Below are positions 26,067 through 36,663 of a stretch of DNA of 64,000 nt, in pieces. Below the pieces are notes generated by a model. That model worked only from the letters and a program-made list of their open reading frames with translations, did not search any database and had not been told where the DNA came from. The stretch comes from a virus (taxonomy: Duplodnaviria > Caudoviricetes), in IMG/VR virus record IMGVR_UViG_3300033463_000015, one strand, 5' to 3'. Numbering within the stretch: the stretch's first letter is position 1; the number at the start of each line of letters is the position of its first letter. A program made the translations under genes and the position numbers.

Positions 26067-28442
26067 TTGATTTATGAAACCGACTTTCAAAAATCAATTG
26101 AGGATGCTTTTCTTGCCTATGGCGCATCTGTAGCACAGGAAAGAGCTATCCCCGACGTGCGTGATATGATAAAAATCGGCCTGCGGCAAGGGCTATATGC
26201 ACAATATAGCAATAAGCTAACTTATAAGGATAAGTACCAGAAGGCGCAGAAGTCTGTAGCCGCCGCAATGAGCCAGTCATATGTTCATGGCGATGCCGCA
26301 ATGTATGATACCTTTATTCGAGCCGCACGTCCTTGGTCTTATCGTTATCCTCTTGAAGCAGTTCAGGGTAACTTTGGTAACCCAACTTCTCCTGATAGTC
26401 ACGCTGCCGCTCGTTATGTAGAAATGAAAGCGGCAGAAATTAGTAATGTGCTATTTGATGGACTAAAGAAGAACGCAATTGGAGACCAGTATTATAACAA
26501 CTACGATGATACTGAACTTATTCCTTCTGTGTTCCCATCCATTGGCTTCTGGAATATTGTGAATGGATGCTCCGGTATTGCGGTTGCATTAGCCACCAGT
26601 GTTCCAACATTCAATCTAAAGGAAGTCAATCAGGCTCTTATCACTCTTATTAGAAATCCAAACGCAACATTTGATGAAATCTATTGTGCTCCGGATTTTC
26701 CGTGCGGTGGAACGATTACAAATGCGGCCGCAGTTAAAGAGTCTCTAAGAGCAGGAAAGGGAGAGTCCGCTCGTATTCGTGCTCATTTGGAATATATTCC
26801 GGATCAAAATATGATTCGAGCGACTGAACTGCCATACAGTGTTTTTACTAATACAGTAATTGACCAACTTGCTGAAATTACTTCAGAGCATCCAGACTAC
26901 GGAATTGAACGCGTAGTAGACCATACAAAGAAAGAAGCAGACATTAGGATTTATCTCACAAAAGGGATTAATCCTAATCGTATGATGGAGAAGCTATATA
27001 AAGACACTTCTCTTGAAAACTGGTTCTCAATTAATATGGTCTTACTAGATCAGGGTCGCTTTCCAAAGGTATTTGGATGGAGAGCAGCCTGTGAAGCGTA
27101 TATTACTCACATCAGGCAGTGTAAGCGCAATATTATCCAATATGATTTGGATAAAGCATTAGCGCGAAAAAATATCGTAGATGGTTTAATTAAGGCGTAC
27201 TCAATTATTGACGAGATTGTCGCGCTTATTAGGTCTTCTGCTAATCCTGCTGAAGCTTCAGAAAAACTCATTTCAGTATATGAATTCAATGAAGAACAAG
27301 CTAAGGCAATTCTAGCGATGAAACTATCTTCGCTTACTCGACTGGATATTGTAAAATTAACTAATGAGCAGGCGCAACTTGTACAAGATATTGAGAAGTA
27401 TCAACACTTATTAAATACCCCCTCTGCACTTGATGAAGAACTCATTAAGTCACTTGAGGCGGTTTCCATCCAATACGGCGACCCCCGCCGTACATCACTC
27501 CAGAACACGCTCGCCGCCGATGCTGAAGTAGAATTGCCCCAAGAGAAGGAAGTCGGTATTATGCTCTTTGATAACGACGTTCTTCGTATCGTCGAAAAAG
27601 ACGAACTTCAGGGCGGCAAGCGTGGTCGTAAAGGCGTAAATATCAAGCCACCAAAGAATGCTAATCTTATGAATACTCTTTATACTACTAATCTTGGTAG
27701 CGTATTGGCATTCACTACGAGCGGTAGAATGTATAGTTTCTCAATTAGCGATCTAAATCTAAATAAGGACTATTCAATCTACGAGATGATTACGCCGCAG
27801 GATAATGAAAAGGTTATTCTTCTAATTGATGGCACCTCTTTCTACGCATACCATCATTTAGTTACTATTAGTAAAAATGGTTACATCAAAAAGAGCCATA
27901 CAGAAGAATATCGCGTGCGCGCAAAGAGGGGCACTCCCGCAGTGAAGTTGGAAGATGGCGATAAACTAATTGGCGCTTATCTATCTATGGATGATAGCGA
28001 TAAGATGTTTATTGTATCCAGTAGCGGTAATTACAATTTCTACGATTTAACAGAAGTAAGTTCTACTGGCCGGACAACAAAGGGAGTTCGCGCAATTAAG
28101 TTGGATAAAAATGAAAGCATCCAGACCGCAACAATTATTAGAAATGGGACTACTTATAAAGGTATTCTTTCCATCACTAATAATGGCAAGGGCAAGATTA
28201 CTTCAATTGCTGACTTTCCAATAACTTCAAAAGGCATCAAAGGTAATCAGGTAATGTCTCTAAAAAATGAGACTTTGGCCCTCGTATATGCGGTTCCGGA
28301 TGACCAAGAAAAGTTATTCATTTCAGCGAATAACAAAGCAGTAGTAATTGATGTAAGCACTATTCCTATTCAAAACCGAATGACTAGCGGCTTACTCATT
28401 ATTGATGCTCGCAACTCAAATACTACAATTGAAATTATGTGA
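26067..28442 (+). CDS. gyrA: Type IIA topoisomerase A subunit (GyrA/ParC-like)
   Basis: RAIPDVRD, HGDA, QGNFG, AAARY (catalytic Tyr), PDFPCGG, C-terminal beta-pinwheel repeats. Confidence 0.95.
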   Translation: MIYETDFQKSIEDAFLAYGASVAQERAIPDVRDMIKIGLRQGLYAQYSNKLTYKDKYQKAQKSVAAAMSQSYVHGDAAMYDTFIRAARPWSYRYPLEAVQGNFGNPTSPDSHAAARYVEMKAAEISNVLFDGLKKNAIGDQYYNNYDDTELIPSVFPSIGFWNIVNGCSGIAVALATSVPTFNLKEVNQALITLIRNPNATFDEIYCAPDFPCGGTITNAAAVKESLRAGKGESARIRAHLEYIPDQNMIRATELPYSVFTNTVIDQLAEITSEHPDYGIERVVDHTKKEADIRIYLTKGINPNRMMEKLYKDTSLENWFSINMVLLDQGRFPKVFGWRAACEAYITHIRQCKRNIIQYDLDKALARKNIVDGLIKAYSIIDEIVALIRSSANPAEASEKLISVYEFNEEQAKAILAMKLSSLTRLDIVKLTNEQAQLVQDIEKYQHLLNTPSALDEELIKSLEAVSIQYGDPRRTSLQNTLAADAEVELPQEKEVGIMLFDNDVLRIVEKDELQGGKRGRKGVNIKPPKNANLMNTLYTTNLGSVLAFTTSGRMYSFSISDLNLNKDYSIYEMITPQDNEKVILLIDGTSFYAYHHLVTISKNGYIKKSHTEEYRVRAKRGTPAVKLEDGDKLIGAYLSMDDSDKMFIVSSSGNYNFYDLTEVSSTGRTTKGVRAIKLDKNESIQTATIIRNGTTYKGILSITNNGKGKITSIADFPITSKGIKGNQVMSLKNETLALVYAVPDDQEKLFISANNKAVVIDVSTIPIQNRMTSGLLIIDARNSNTTIEIM

Positions 28443-28451
28443 GGAATGGTT

Positions 28452-28826
28452 ATGAATAAGGAATATTAGAACCTATTTAAGGAACTCGCTCACGCGGTTG
28501 AACTACTCGCTGAGCAGGTTATGGAATATGACCATAACCATAACGATGATGAAGGCGAAAAGACTGCGCAAATTATGCGAGATGACTTTGCCGCCCTCAC
28601 AGAAAAGTTCAACGCAGAGGAAGTTGCGCTTGAGCGCAATGATTATATCAAGCTACTAACTGGCGTCTATATTATTGTCAATAACCTTCAAGATAAGATT
28701 ACCAATCTAAAGAAGACTATTGATGGTTACCAGACAAATGTTAGCGCCAAGCTACAGCGAATTATGAACGAGACCAAGACAGACGAAGAAGCAAATACAT
28801 TAGCAAACGAATTGTTTAGTATTTGA
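28452..28826 (+). CDS. Hypothetical helical protein (TAG at codon 6)
   Basis: ATG AAT AAG GAA TAT TAG in frame with fragment 28521. Confidence 0.7.
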
Positions 28827-28938
28827 CTTTTATAAAAAATATGTTATAATATAATTGTCAAAGGGAAAAGGGCTCTAAAAATTATTGAGCATTTGATGGA
28901 GATAAATATTTGACAAATATAAAAATATCTGGTATAAT
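28823..28938 (+). promoter_or_regulatory. Two tandem sigmaA promoters
   Basis: TTGACT...TATAAT (28823-28850) and TTGACA...TATAAT (28910-28938). Confidence 0.8.
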
Positions 28939-29025
28939 AAATACATAAAGAGGAAGAGGAAAAGGAAACCCTTACCGCTTTACAAAATAAAATAATAAAA
29001 AACAAAACAAAGGAGATTGATCATT

Positions 29026-29391
29026 ATGACCGTAAATAGTGAACTAGTACTAAATTTTCTAAAGAAGAACTATGGTAAGGAATTTAGCAAGGCTGAGATT
29101 GCTGAGGCTCTAGGCATTTCTATCCCCGCCGTAACTGGCACTATGAATGCTCTAGTTAAGAATAAGCTAGCTGAGAATACCCGTGAGGAAACCGTTGAGG
29201 TGACCCCCGCTACTGAGACCCGTAAGGCCGTAACCAAGGTTGTGAAGTATCACACCCTAACTGAGGCCGGTCTAGCCTATGATCCTGTTGCCGCAGAAGC
29301 TGAGAAGCTAGCCGCGAAGGAAGCCGCAAAGGCTGAGCGCGCTGCTGCTCGTGCCGCTGCTAAGGCCGCAAAGGAAGCCGCTGGCGAGTAA
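29026..29391 (+). CDS. Winged-HTH DNA-binding protein with Ala/Lys-rich tail
   Basis: SKAEIAEALGISIPAVTGTMNALVKNKL...LTEAG; tail AAKEAAKAERAAARAAAKAAKE. Confidence 0.8.
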   Translation: MTVNSELVLNFLKKNYGKEFSKAEIAEALGISIPAVTGTMNALVKNKLAENTREETVEVTPATETRKAVTKVVKYHTLTEAGLAYDPVAAEAEKLAAKEAAKAERAAARAAAKAAKEAAGE

Positions 29392-29397
29392 TCTTGA

Positions 29398-29440
29398 GAT
29401 AAAGGCGGCGGTTCCTAAAATTGGAACCGTCGTTTTTATA
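29398..29440 (+). terminator. Rho-independent terminator
   Basis: GGCGGCGGTTCC/GGAACCGTCGTT plus T-run. Confidence 0.75.
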
Positions 29441-29442
29441 TC

Positions 29443-29471
29443 TTGACTTTTTGTCAAATTTATAATATAAT
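29443..29471 (+). promoter_or_regulatory. sigmaA-type promoter
   Basis: TTGACT-17-TATAAT. Confidence 0.75.
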
Positions 29472-29519
29472 AAAGTTGTAAAGAAAAAATACACATTAAA
29501 AAGAAAGAGGTAAAAGTTT

Positions 29520-30410
29520 ATGAGTAAGAACATTATGACAGAAGCTAACAACAAGGTAAATATCGTCGGTAAGCTAATGGATGTTACGCTAGGTAGCGGA
29601 ACTCTTAGTGATGGCCGCAAGTATGAGCGCGCATCTCTAACCGTTCGTGTGAACCAGACTTTTGGTGGTCGTGAGGAAGTTAGCGAGATTCCGCTAAGTA
29701 TGTTTGCGACCCAGTATACCAAGACTAATAAGGTAAATCCTGCGTTTGAGCAGATCCAGAATCTCAAGAAGATGAAGACTGCGCAGAATGTAGGTATTGA
29801 TGATGCGGATACTGTTCGTGTCAGCGGAGCAACTCTTCGTGAGAACAATTTCGTATCTAAGAGCGGCCAGCTAATCAATGGTTGGCAGATTAACACTTCT
29901 TTCATTGGAACTACTAGCGCAAGCGATGTAGCTACTTTCCAGGAAGAGATTTTCATTATGGATATGCACGATGAGGTTGATCGTGAGGGTGATCCAACTG
30001 GTCGTCTTGTAATCAAGGGTGGCCTTGTACAGTATGGTGGCAAGCTTGATGTACTTGAGTTCATCGTTGAGCAGCCTGAAGCGGTTGAATTTATTAGCCG
30101 CAATTGGAATGTCAATGATACAATTGGCACCGTTGGCCGCATTCGTGTAACCTCTCAGGAGGAGAAGTCTAGCGGTAAGACTAGTTCTTGGGGTGAGGAT
30201 ATTCCCGAGACTACCACTCGTTTTGTCCGCGAACTTATTATCACCAAGGGTGATGATGAGGGACATGAGGAAGAGTTCGCATATGATCCTACTGATATTA
30301 AGAAGGCATTTAATGTGCGTAAGGCTCTTATTGAGCAGATGCAGACTGAGGCTACTCAGCCGAAGCCCGCGGCAGCTGCTACATCCGCTTCTAAGTATAG
30401 TTGGGAGTAA
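29520..30410 (+). CDS. Probable single-stranded DNA-binding protein
   Basis: NKVNIVGKL start, beta-rich tandem OB-like segments; adjacent to the Sak4-like ATPase. Confidence 0.6.
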   Translation: MSKNIMTEANNKVNIVGKLMDVTLGSGTLSDGRKYERASLTVRVNQTFGGREEVSEIPLSMFATQYTKTNKVNPAFEQIQNLKKMKTAQNVGIDDADTVRVSGATLRENNFVSKSGQLINGWQINTSFIGTTSASDVATFQEEIFIMDMHDEVDREGDPTGRLVIKGGLVQYGGKLDVLEFIVEQPEAVEFISRNWNVNDTIGTVGRIRVTSQEEKSSGKTSSWGEDIPETTTRFVRELIITKGDDEGHEEEFAYDPTDIKKAFNVRKALIEQMQTEATQPKPAAAATSASKYSWE

Positions 30411-30443
30411 TCCTAACTATACTTTCACAGGAGTGTGATGATT

Positions 30444-31439
30444 ATGGATTTGGATATTTTCTCTCTTGAACCATCTAAAATTTCTCGTGATTTAAAGGGT
30501 AAATACATCCTGATTTATGGCCAGCCTAAAACTGGTAAATCTACGTTCGGTAGTCAGCTACCACGTGGATTGTTCCTAAACTTTGAGTAGGGCACTAATG
30601 CGCTCGCAGGTATCCGCAGCGTACCAATCCTACGGTGGTCTGATTTTAAGAAGGTTCTTTCGCAGCTGCGTAAGCCGCAGGCTCGTGAAATGTATGACAC
30701 TATTGTTGTTGATACTGCGTCTATCGCGTGGCAGCTTTGTGAAAAGTATGTATGCCAGCGTGAAGGCGTAGAGTCAATTAGAGATATTCCTTGGGGACAA
30801 GGTTGGGGTATGTTAAGAAATGAGTTCGCAGAATGCTGGCGTGAAATTACTCTTCTTGGCTTTGGCATTCTTTTCATCGCCCATAGTAAAGAAAAGCCTA
30901 CAGAAATGCAGGACGAGGAAGGAAATACAATTACCGCAGTTGCGCCTGACCTACCCAATCAGTGCTATACAATTATCAACTCTATTGTTGATATTATTGG
31001 ATACTTACAGGTTCAAATGAACAACGATGGAACCTCAGAGCGCTTTCTATATACTCGTTCAACTCCAACCGTATTTGCGGGCAGCCGCTATCAGTATCTC
31101 GCTCCAAAAATTAAGTTTGGTTATCAGGAGCTTGTAGATGCTATTGGCTCCGCGATTGATATGGCGGTTGAACGCGATGGCGCGCAGGTAACAGACCACA
31201 CCGAGTTCGCCCAGATTAAGGACCGCCCATTCCCAGAAATTATGGAAGAAGCGAAGGCTATCTGGATGAAGTATCTTAATGATACTACTACTGATGAAGA
31301 GAAAGATCAGCATCTCAACATTATGCGTGATATTATCCGCAAGGTGTTTGGCACCGAGGACTTCAAGTTAAGTCAGGCAGTGCCTTCACAGGCAGATTTG
31401 CTTGAACTCTTCATTTCAGAAATGAAAGACCTGATCTAA
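30444..31439 (+). CDS. Sak4-like AAA_24 ATPase/recombinase (TAG at codon 49)
   Basis: IYGQPKTGKST Walker A lies upstream of TAG 30588; YDTIVVDT Walker B; FIAHS. Confidence 0.85.
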
Positions 31440-31445
31440 CAATTA

Positions 31446-31466
31446 AGACCCGTAAGGGTCTTTTTA
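31446..31466 (+). terminator. Rho-independent terminator
   Basis: AAGACCC-GTAA-GGGTCTT plus T-run. Confidence 0.8.
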
Positions 31467-31467
31467 T

Positions 31468-31496
31468 TTGACAAAATATGAATTTTATGTTATAAT
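31468..31496 (+). promoter_or_regulatory. sigmaA-type promoter
   Basis: TTGACA-17-TATAAT with TG. Confidence 0.85.
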
Positions 31497-31526
31497 AATT
31501 ATAGACTATTAGAAGGAGATGTTCGT

Positions 31527-32018
31527 ATGGCGGGTAGAGCTATAAAGAAATGTTATGGTTGTAAGCAAGAATTTAGAAGTGAAGAACTTGTATATTATGC
31601 GTCTCCAACCGCAAACACAGGCTATAATTATTGTCCTAAATGTTTAGCTGAAAAGCAGGCGCGTGAGCGTTTTAGTTATAAGGTATGTTCCATTTTTGGA
31701 TTGAAGGCGCCAGGACCTCGTATTTGGGCTGAGCGTAAACGACTACAAGAGAATTATGGATATACAGATGATGTAATTGTAGATTGTTTAGATTATATTT
31801 ATAATGTAGAACACAAGAAGAAATTGTCTGAATCTCTTTATCTTGTTAATCCAACTATGGTTGAAAGAATGAAAAGACATAAGTCTGCAGAAGAATATAA
31901 CGCACAGAAAATCATTGATGCTATGAGCCAGAAGATTCAAAAATATGTAGTGCCAGTAAGAGAAAATAAAAAAGAAGATAAAAACGCTATTAATCTTGAT
32001 GAATGGTTAGAAGATTAA
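31527..32018 (+). CDS. Zn-finger replication-associated protein
   Basis: CYGC...CPKC; directly upstream of the helicase. Confidence 0.65.
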   Translation: MAGRAIKKCYGCKQEFRSEELVYYASPTANTGYNYCPKCLAEKQARERFSYKVCSIFGLKAPGPRIWAERKRLQENYGYTDDVIVDCLDYIYNVEHKKKLSESLYLVNPTMVERMKRHKSAEEYNAQKIIDAMSQKIQKYVVPVRENKKEDKNAINLDEWLED

Positions 32019-32031
32019 GGCGGTGAGATGA

Positions 32032-33630
32032 GTGGTTCTATCAGATAAAAGAGCGTATCAAAATGTGATAGGCTGTTTGATGCTGAATCCGTCGCTTTTG
32101 TTGGAATATACAGATATTAATGCGAAAGATTTTGACGTAAAGTGTGCAAGATATAGTTTTGCGATTATAAAACTATTGTATGAAGCCGGCGCACAGGTGC
32201 TTACTCCAATGGATGTAGATATGGAAATGGAGAAGCATAGCGCAAGTTATATTACATATCAAAAGGAACACGGATTAGACTTTCTTAAAGAAAGTTATGA
32301 AAATGCTCAACCGAGCAACTTTAAGTCATCATACAACAGTCTAAAAAAGTATTCATTGTTGCGGCGACTTCGTGAAGAAAAATATGATATTAGTGAATAT
32401 TATTTGGAGGATAAGGATATACAAAATCCTATCCAAGAAATTGAAGTCCAGCAGCATTTTGATGAATCAAGTTTGGAGGATATTCTAAACACAATTGAAA
32501 GTAAATATAATGTCATTAGAAATGATTATCTAAATGGCGGACATTTAAAAGGAGATCCGGCGGAAGGATTGGCAGAACTAATTGATGAATTAAAGACAAG
32601 TCCAAGTATTGGACCCAGTTTAGAGGGTTCAATTTTTAGTACTGTTTGCCGTGGTGCGCGTGAAGGATGTTTTTATTTGAAGTCAAGTTCAAGTGGTTCT
32701 GGTAAAACGAGAACATCGGTATTTGATGCGTGTCATATCGCGTTTCCAGAACGATGGTCTTTTGAAGAAGAGTGTTTTGTTGAAGAAGTTGATTATAATG
32801 GTGAATTTAGAAAGCCACGAAAGACATTATTCATCGTAACTGAGATGGATAAAGAGGAACTTCAAACAATTATGTTGGCATACTTGTCTGGAGTAAATGA
32901 AGACCATATTCTTACTGGTAAATATGACTGGGATGAAGAAAGAAGAGTAAGGTATGCGGCAAAAATTATTGATAAATATCGTGAGTATTTTATCATTGAA
33001 GAAATAAGCGAACCGAACCTGGTAAATGTTCAAGTGACAATTAAAAAGTATGCGACATTAGAGCATATTAAGTATTGTTTCTTTGACTACATTCATTCAA
33101 CTTCAAGTATGGTAGCACAGTTTGCTCATAATAATCTACGTGAAGATAGTATTCTAATGATGATGGCTAATCAGCTAAAGCAGCTCGCAAAAGATTATCA
33201 TCTATTTATCTTTTCAGCAACTCAGGTAAATATGAGTGCGATGGATGATGATGGCGAGTTTAAGAATGAAATGAGTATTCGTGGCGCGAAAAGTATAGCT
33301 GATAAAGCGGATATGGCATATGTAATGACAAAGATTGGGCCGAAGACTTGGAACAGTTTAGTTCCAACTTTAAAGTCAGCAGTGCGTCAAGGATATATTG
33401 CCGCAGAATATGTAGATGACGAGACACAAAAGCCAACTCATATTCTTGATATTTACAAAATGAGACGCGGACGTTATAAGAATGTTCGTATCTGGATTAA
33501 TCTTAATCTAGGCACCGGCCGGAGAAAGGATTTGTTTATTACTTCTGCAGATAATCAGCCATTAGGAAATGTAATTGACATATTTGAAGATTGTAAGTTT
33601 ATTAAAATAGAAGATTGGCGGGGAAAATAA
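32032..33630 (+). CDS. dnaB: DnaB-like replicative helicase
   Basis: SSSGSGKT, VTEM, FFDYIH, ATQVN, IRGAKSIADKAD, KMRRG. Confidence 0.88.
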   Translation: MVLSDKRAYQNVIGCLMLNPSLLLEYTDINAKDFDVKCARYSFAIIKLLYEAGAQVLTPMDVDMEMEKHSASYITYQKEHGLDFLKESYENAQPSNFKSSYNSLKKYSLLRRLREEKYDISEYYLEDKDIQNPIQEIEVQQHFDESSLEDILNTIESKYNVIRNDYLNGGHLKGDPAEGLAELIDELKTSPSIGPSLEGSIFSTVCRGAREGCFYLKSSSSGSGKTRTSVFDACHIAFPERWSFEEECFVEEVDYNGEFRKPRKTLFIVTEMDKEELQTIMLAYLSGVNEDHILTGKYDWDEERRVRYAAKIIDKYREYFIIEEISEPNLVNVQVTIKKYATLEHIKYCFFDYIHSTSSMVAQFAHNNLREDSILMMMANQLKQLAKDYHLFIFSATQVNMSAMDDDGEFKNEMSIRGAKSIADKADMAYVMTKIGPKTWNSLVPTLKSAVRQGYIAAEYVDDETQKPTHILDIYKMRRGRYKNVRIWINLNLGTGRRKDLFITSADNQPLGNVIDIFEDCKFIKIEDWRGK

Positions 33631-34758
33631 ATGATTACAACATTACGCAATTTGGATACAGAGTTAGATAAAATAAATCTAACTACATTTGATATTATTA
33701 ATTCTCTTACATTAAAAGATGTAGAGTATTTTTTAACGAGTTTGGGCGTGGATCAAATTGTTGTTAATCAAGAACGTGAATATATTATTTGTCCAACTAT
33801 TTGTCATAATCCATTACACGAAACTGCGAGTATGAAATTGTATTGGTATCACGATCATAAAATTTTTAGATGTTATACCGAGTGTAATGAAGCGATGTCT
33901 ATCTTTAGGCTCTATCAAAAGTTCTGCGCGTTGAACTTTAATAGAGAAGTAAATGATGTAGAAGCAAAAGAATATGTGTTGTCGTGTATTAAGCACGATA
34001 TAGTCCATATTGATTATGATGAAAGCGAATATACATTAGATTTAGATAAATATAAATATACAAATAATATTCCAGAACTACCAGAATATCCAGCGGGAAC
34101 AATTAATTATTTTATAAAATATTATCATCCCAGCTGGCTGGCAGATGGCATTTTGCCGCAAGCTATGGATAAGTTCAATATTCGCTTCTCAATTGGACAA
34201 AATAAAATTATTATCCCCCATTATGATATAAATGGACGATTGATCGGCATTCGCGGCCGAGCCCTAGAACGAGCAGAAATAGAAAACTATGGTAAATATC
34301 GTCCAGTTCAAATTGGTAAAACAATGTATTCTCATCAGCTTCAATTTAATTTGTATGGTATTTATGAACATAAAGAAGCAATAAAGAAGCGGCGAGTAGC
34401 TGTCATTGCGGAAGCAGAAAAGTCTGTATTGTTGGATGACGGTTATTATGGTGAATGGAGCAATTGTGTTGCGTGTTGTGGCTCCAATATAAATAAATAT
34501 CATATTAGTTTATTAACAAATCAATTGGGAGTAAATGAAATTATTATCGCTCTTGATAAAGAATATACAGAAAGCTATGATGAAAAAGGTAAGGCTTATC
34601 GCCGCAAGTTAGAAGAAATTTGTAAGAAATATAACACGCAAGCATCTTTTTCATATATATGGGATTATGAAAATTTATTAGAGGAGAAAGATTCTCCATT
34701 TGATAAGGGCCGAGATATATATGAATATTTATTAAAGAATAGAGTAAAGGTAAGGTAA
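33631..34758 (+). CDS. DNA primase
   Basis: Zn motif CHN...CYTEC; IIIPHYD..GRLIGIRGR; TOPRIM EAEKS, ALDKE, KDSP. Confidence 0.88.
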   Translation: MITTLRNLDTELDKINLTTFDIINSLTLKDVEYFLTSLGVDQIVVNQEREYIICPTICHNPLHETASMKLYWYHDHKIFRCYTECNEAMSIFRLYQKFCALNFNREVNDVEAKEYVLSCIKHDIVHIDYDESEYTLDLDKYKYTNNIPELPEYPAGTINYFIKYYHPSWLADGILPQAMDKFNIRFSIGQNKIIIPHYDINGRLIGIRGRALERAEIENYGKYRPVQIGKTMYSHQLQFNLYGIYEHKEAIKKRRVAVIAEAEKSVLLDDGYYGEWSNCVACCGSNINKYHISLLTNQLGVNEIIIALDKEYTESYDEKGKAYRRKLEEICKKYNTQASFSYIWDYENLLEEKDSPFDKGRDIYEYLLKNRVKVR

Positions 34759-36545
34759 TGCGTATGAGATATAAACTAAGAAGTCATTTTACAACAGACC
34801 CAAATCATGCCCTAGAAGCAATTCTCCGTAATAGAGGAGTAGAAGATATTGCTGACTTTGTGGCACCAACTTTTTCCTGTGAATTGAACCCATATGATTT
34901 AGAAAATATTGAAGCCGGTGCTGAAATGCTGCTAAAACACTTGCGAGCGGATCATAATATTCTCTTTATTGTAGACCAAGACGCTGATGGATTTACAAGT
35001 TCTAGTATCCTATGGCTCTATATTAAAAAGGTTTTCCCAGATGCTAAACTCAATTTTATGATTCACGAACATAAGCAGCACGGTTTAAGTGATGTAATTG
35101 ATAAGATTGAAATTAATCCTATTTATGATTTAGTTATTTGTCCTGATTCTGCTAGTTATGATGTAGAAGAGCATCGCCGTTTAAAGGAACTAAATATGGA
35201 TTGTTTGATTCTAGACCATCACGAACAGCTTTATAATGATAGCGGCGAACCTATTATCAGCAAGGAACCGAATACAATTATAATTAATAATCAGTTGTCT
35301 CCTAAATATGCAAATAAGTCATTGTGTGGAGCCGGTGTAGTATATAAGTTTTGTGAAGTATTAGATGATACGCTAGAGCTTGTTGAACCGCTAGCTACAA
35401 ATTATTTAGATTTAGTAGCACTTGGTGAAATTGCTGATGTTATGGATAGAACTAATGTTGAGACTAATTATCTAATGCTTACTGGTTTAGCTAATATTAA
35501 AAACAAGGGCATTAGCACATTAGTAGAATCACAGTCATTCTCATTAAAGGATAAAGCAGTATATCCATATGTAGGTTTAACTCCTATTGATATTGCTTTC
35601 TATATTGCTCCACTAATTAATGCTATTACTCGCGTAGGCAGTATGGCAGAAAAAGAAACAATGTTCTATTGTTTTATTGAACCAGATAGACCCTGCCAAA
35701 GTACAAAGCGTGGCGCGAAGGCTGGTGAAATTGAGACAGCCGCAGAGCAGACAGCTCGCGTTGGCAAAAATGCTAAGTCGCGACAAGATAAGTTGAAGGA
35801 GAAAGCAATTGAATTAATTGATTTTAAGATTCAAAAGAATGATTTACTTTCTAATAACATCATTATTGTGGAAGTTGATGAAGAAGATAATATTCCACAG
35901 GAACTAACCGGTCTAATTGCGATGGCAATTGTATCTAAGTATCATAAACCTTGTATGATTGGCCGCCGCAATGAGTTAAATAAAGTCCAGGGAAGTATTA
36001 GAAGTGATAGCAACTTTAATGGTCTTCCAAGTTTTAAGGCATTCCTAGAGCAGAGCAGTCTAATTGATTATGCGGCCGGCCACGATAATGCTTGCGGCTT
36101 CGGCATCAATGGTAATAGAATTGAGCAACTTCTACAGTATGCTAATTCAAATCTAAAAGCTGAGGATTTTGAAAACTGTTATATAGTCGATTATATTCTA
36201 AATGCTAATGACCCCAATAATGCTGATTTGATGGCCACACTAGCTTCACACCCAGAGTTCTTCGGCAACCATATTGATGAGGTAAAATTTGTAGTAGAAG
36301 GCATTCCACTCGGTTCTCCGTTCCTAATGGGACAGAATAAAGATAGCACAAAGATTTCCTATAATGGAATTGATTATGTGCGTTTTAAGGATCCGGACTT
36401 TGCTATGGAAGTATTAGAAGATAAAACTAAACTACTTACAGCATATGGTCGCGCCAATCTTAATAGTTGGGGCGGCCGCACCACAGTTCAGCTATTTATT
36501 GATGATTATGAATTAAAGGATGATAGTCATAAATATGATTTTTGA
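34758..36545 (+). CDS. recJ: RecJ-like ssDNA exonuclease (DHH)
   Basis: VDQDADG, HGL, ILDHH, LCGAGV, GSIRS, AGHDNACG. Confidence 0.92.
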   Translation: MRMRYKLRSHFTTDPNHALEAILRNRGVEDIADFVAPTFSCELNPYDLENIEAGAEMLLKHLRADHNILFIVDQDADGFTSSSILWLYIKKVFPDAKLNFMIHEHKQHGLSDVIDKIEINPIYDLVICPDSASYDVEEHRRLKELNMDCLILDHHEQLYNDSGEPIISKEPNTIIINNQLSPKYANKSLCGAGVVYKFCEVLDDTLELVEPLATNYLDLVALGEIADVMDRTNVETNYLMLTGLANIKNKGISTLVESQSFSLKDKAVYPYVGLTPIDIAFYIAPLINAITRVGSMAEKETMFYCFIEPDRPCQSTKRGAKAGEIETAAEQTARVGKNAKSRQDKLKEKAIELIDFKIQKNDLLSNNIIIVEVDEEDNIPQELTGLIAMAIVSKYHKPCMIGRRNELNKVQGSIRSDSNFNGLPSFKAFLEQSSLIDYAAGHDNACGFGINGNRIEQLLQYANSNLKAEDFENCYIVDYILNANDPNNADLMATLASHPEFFGNHIDEVKFVVEGIPLGSPFLMGQNKDSTKISYNGIDYVRFKDPDFAMEVLEDKTKLLTAYGRANLNSWGGRTTVQLFIDDYELKDDSHKYDF

Positions 36546-36610
36546 AATAATAGTGCTAGCAATTGCTATTTATCTTATATGTTTAATATTAGAAGAGCAA
36601 GAAAATAATA

Positions 36611-36639
36611 TTGACAAAAAATAAAAATTGTATTATAAT
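36611..36639 (+). promoter_or_regulatory. sigmaA-type promoter
   Basis: TTGACA-17-TATAAT. Confidence 0.8.
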
Positions 36640-36663
36640 ATAATTAGAAGGAGGAGTGGTAGA

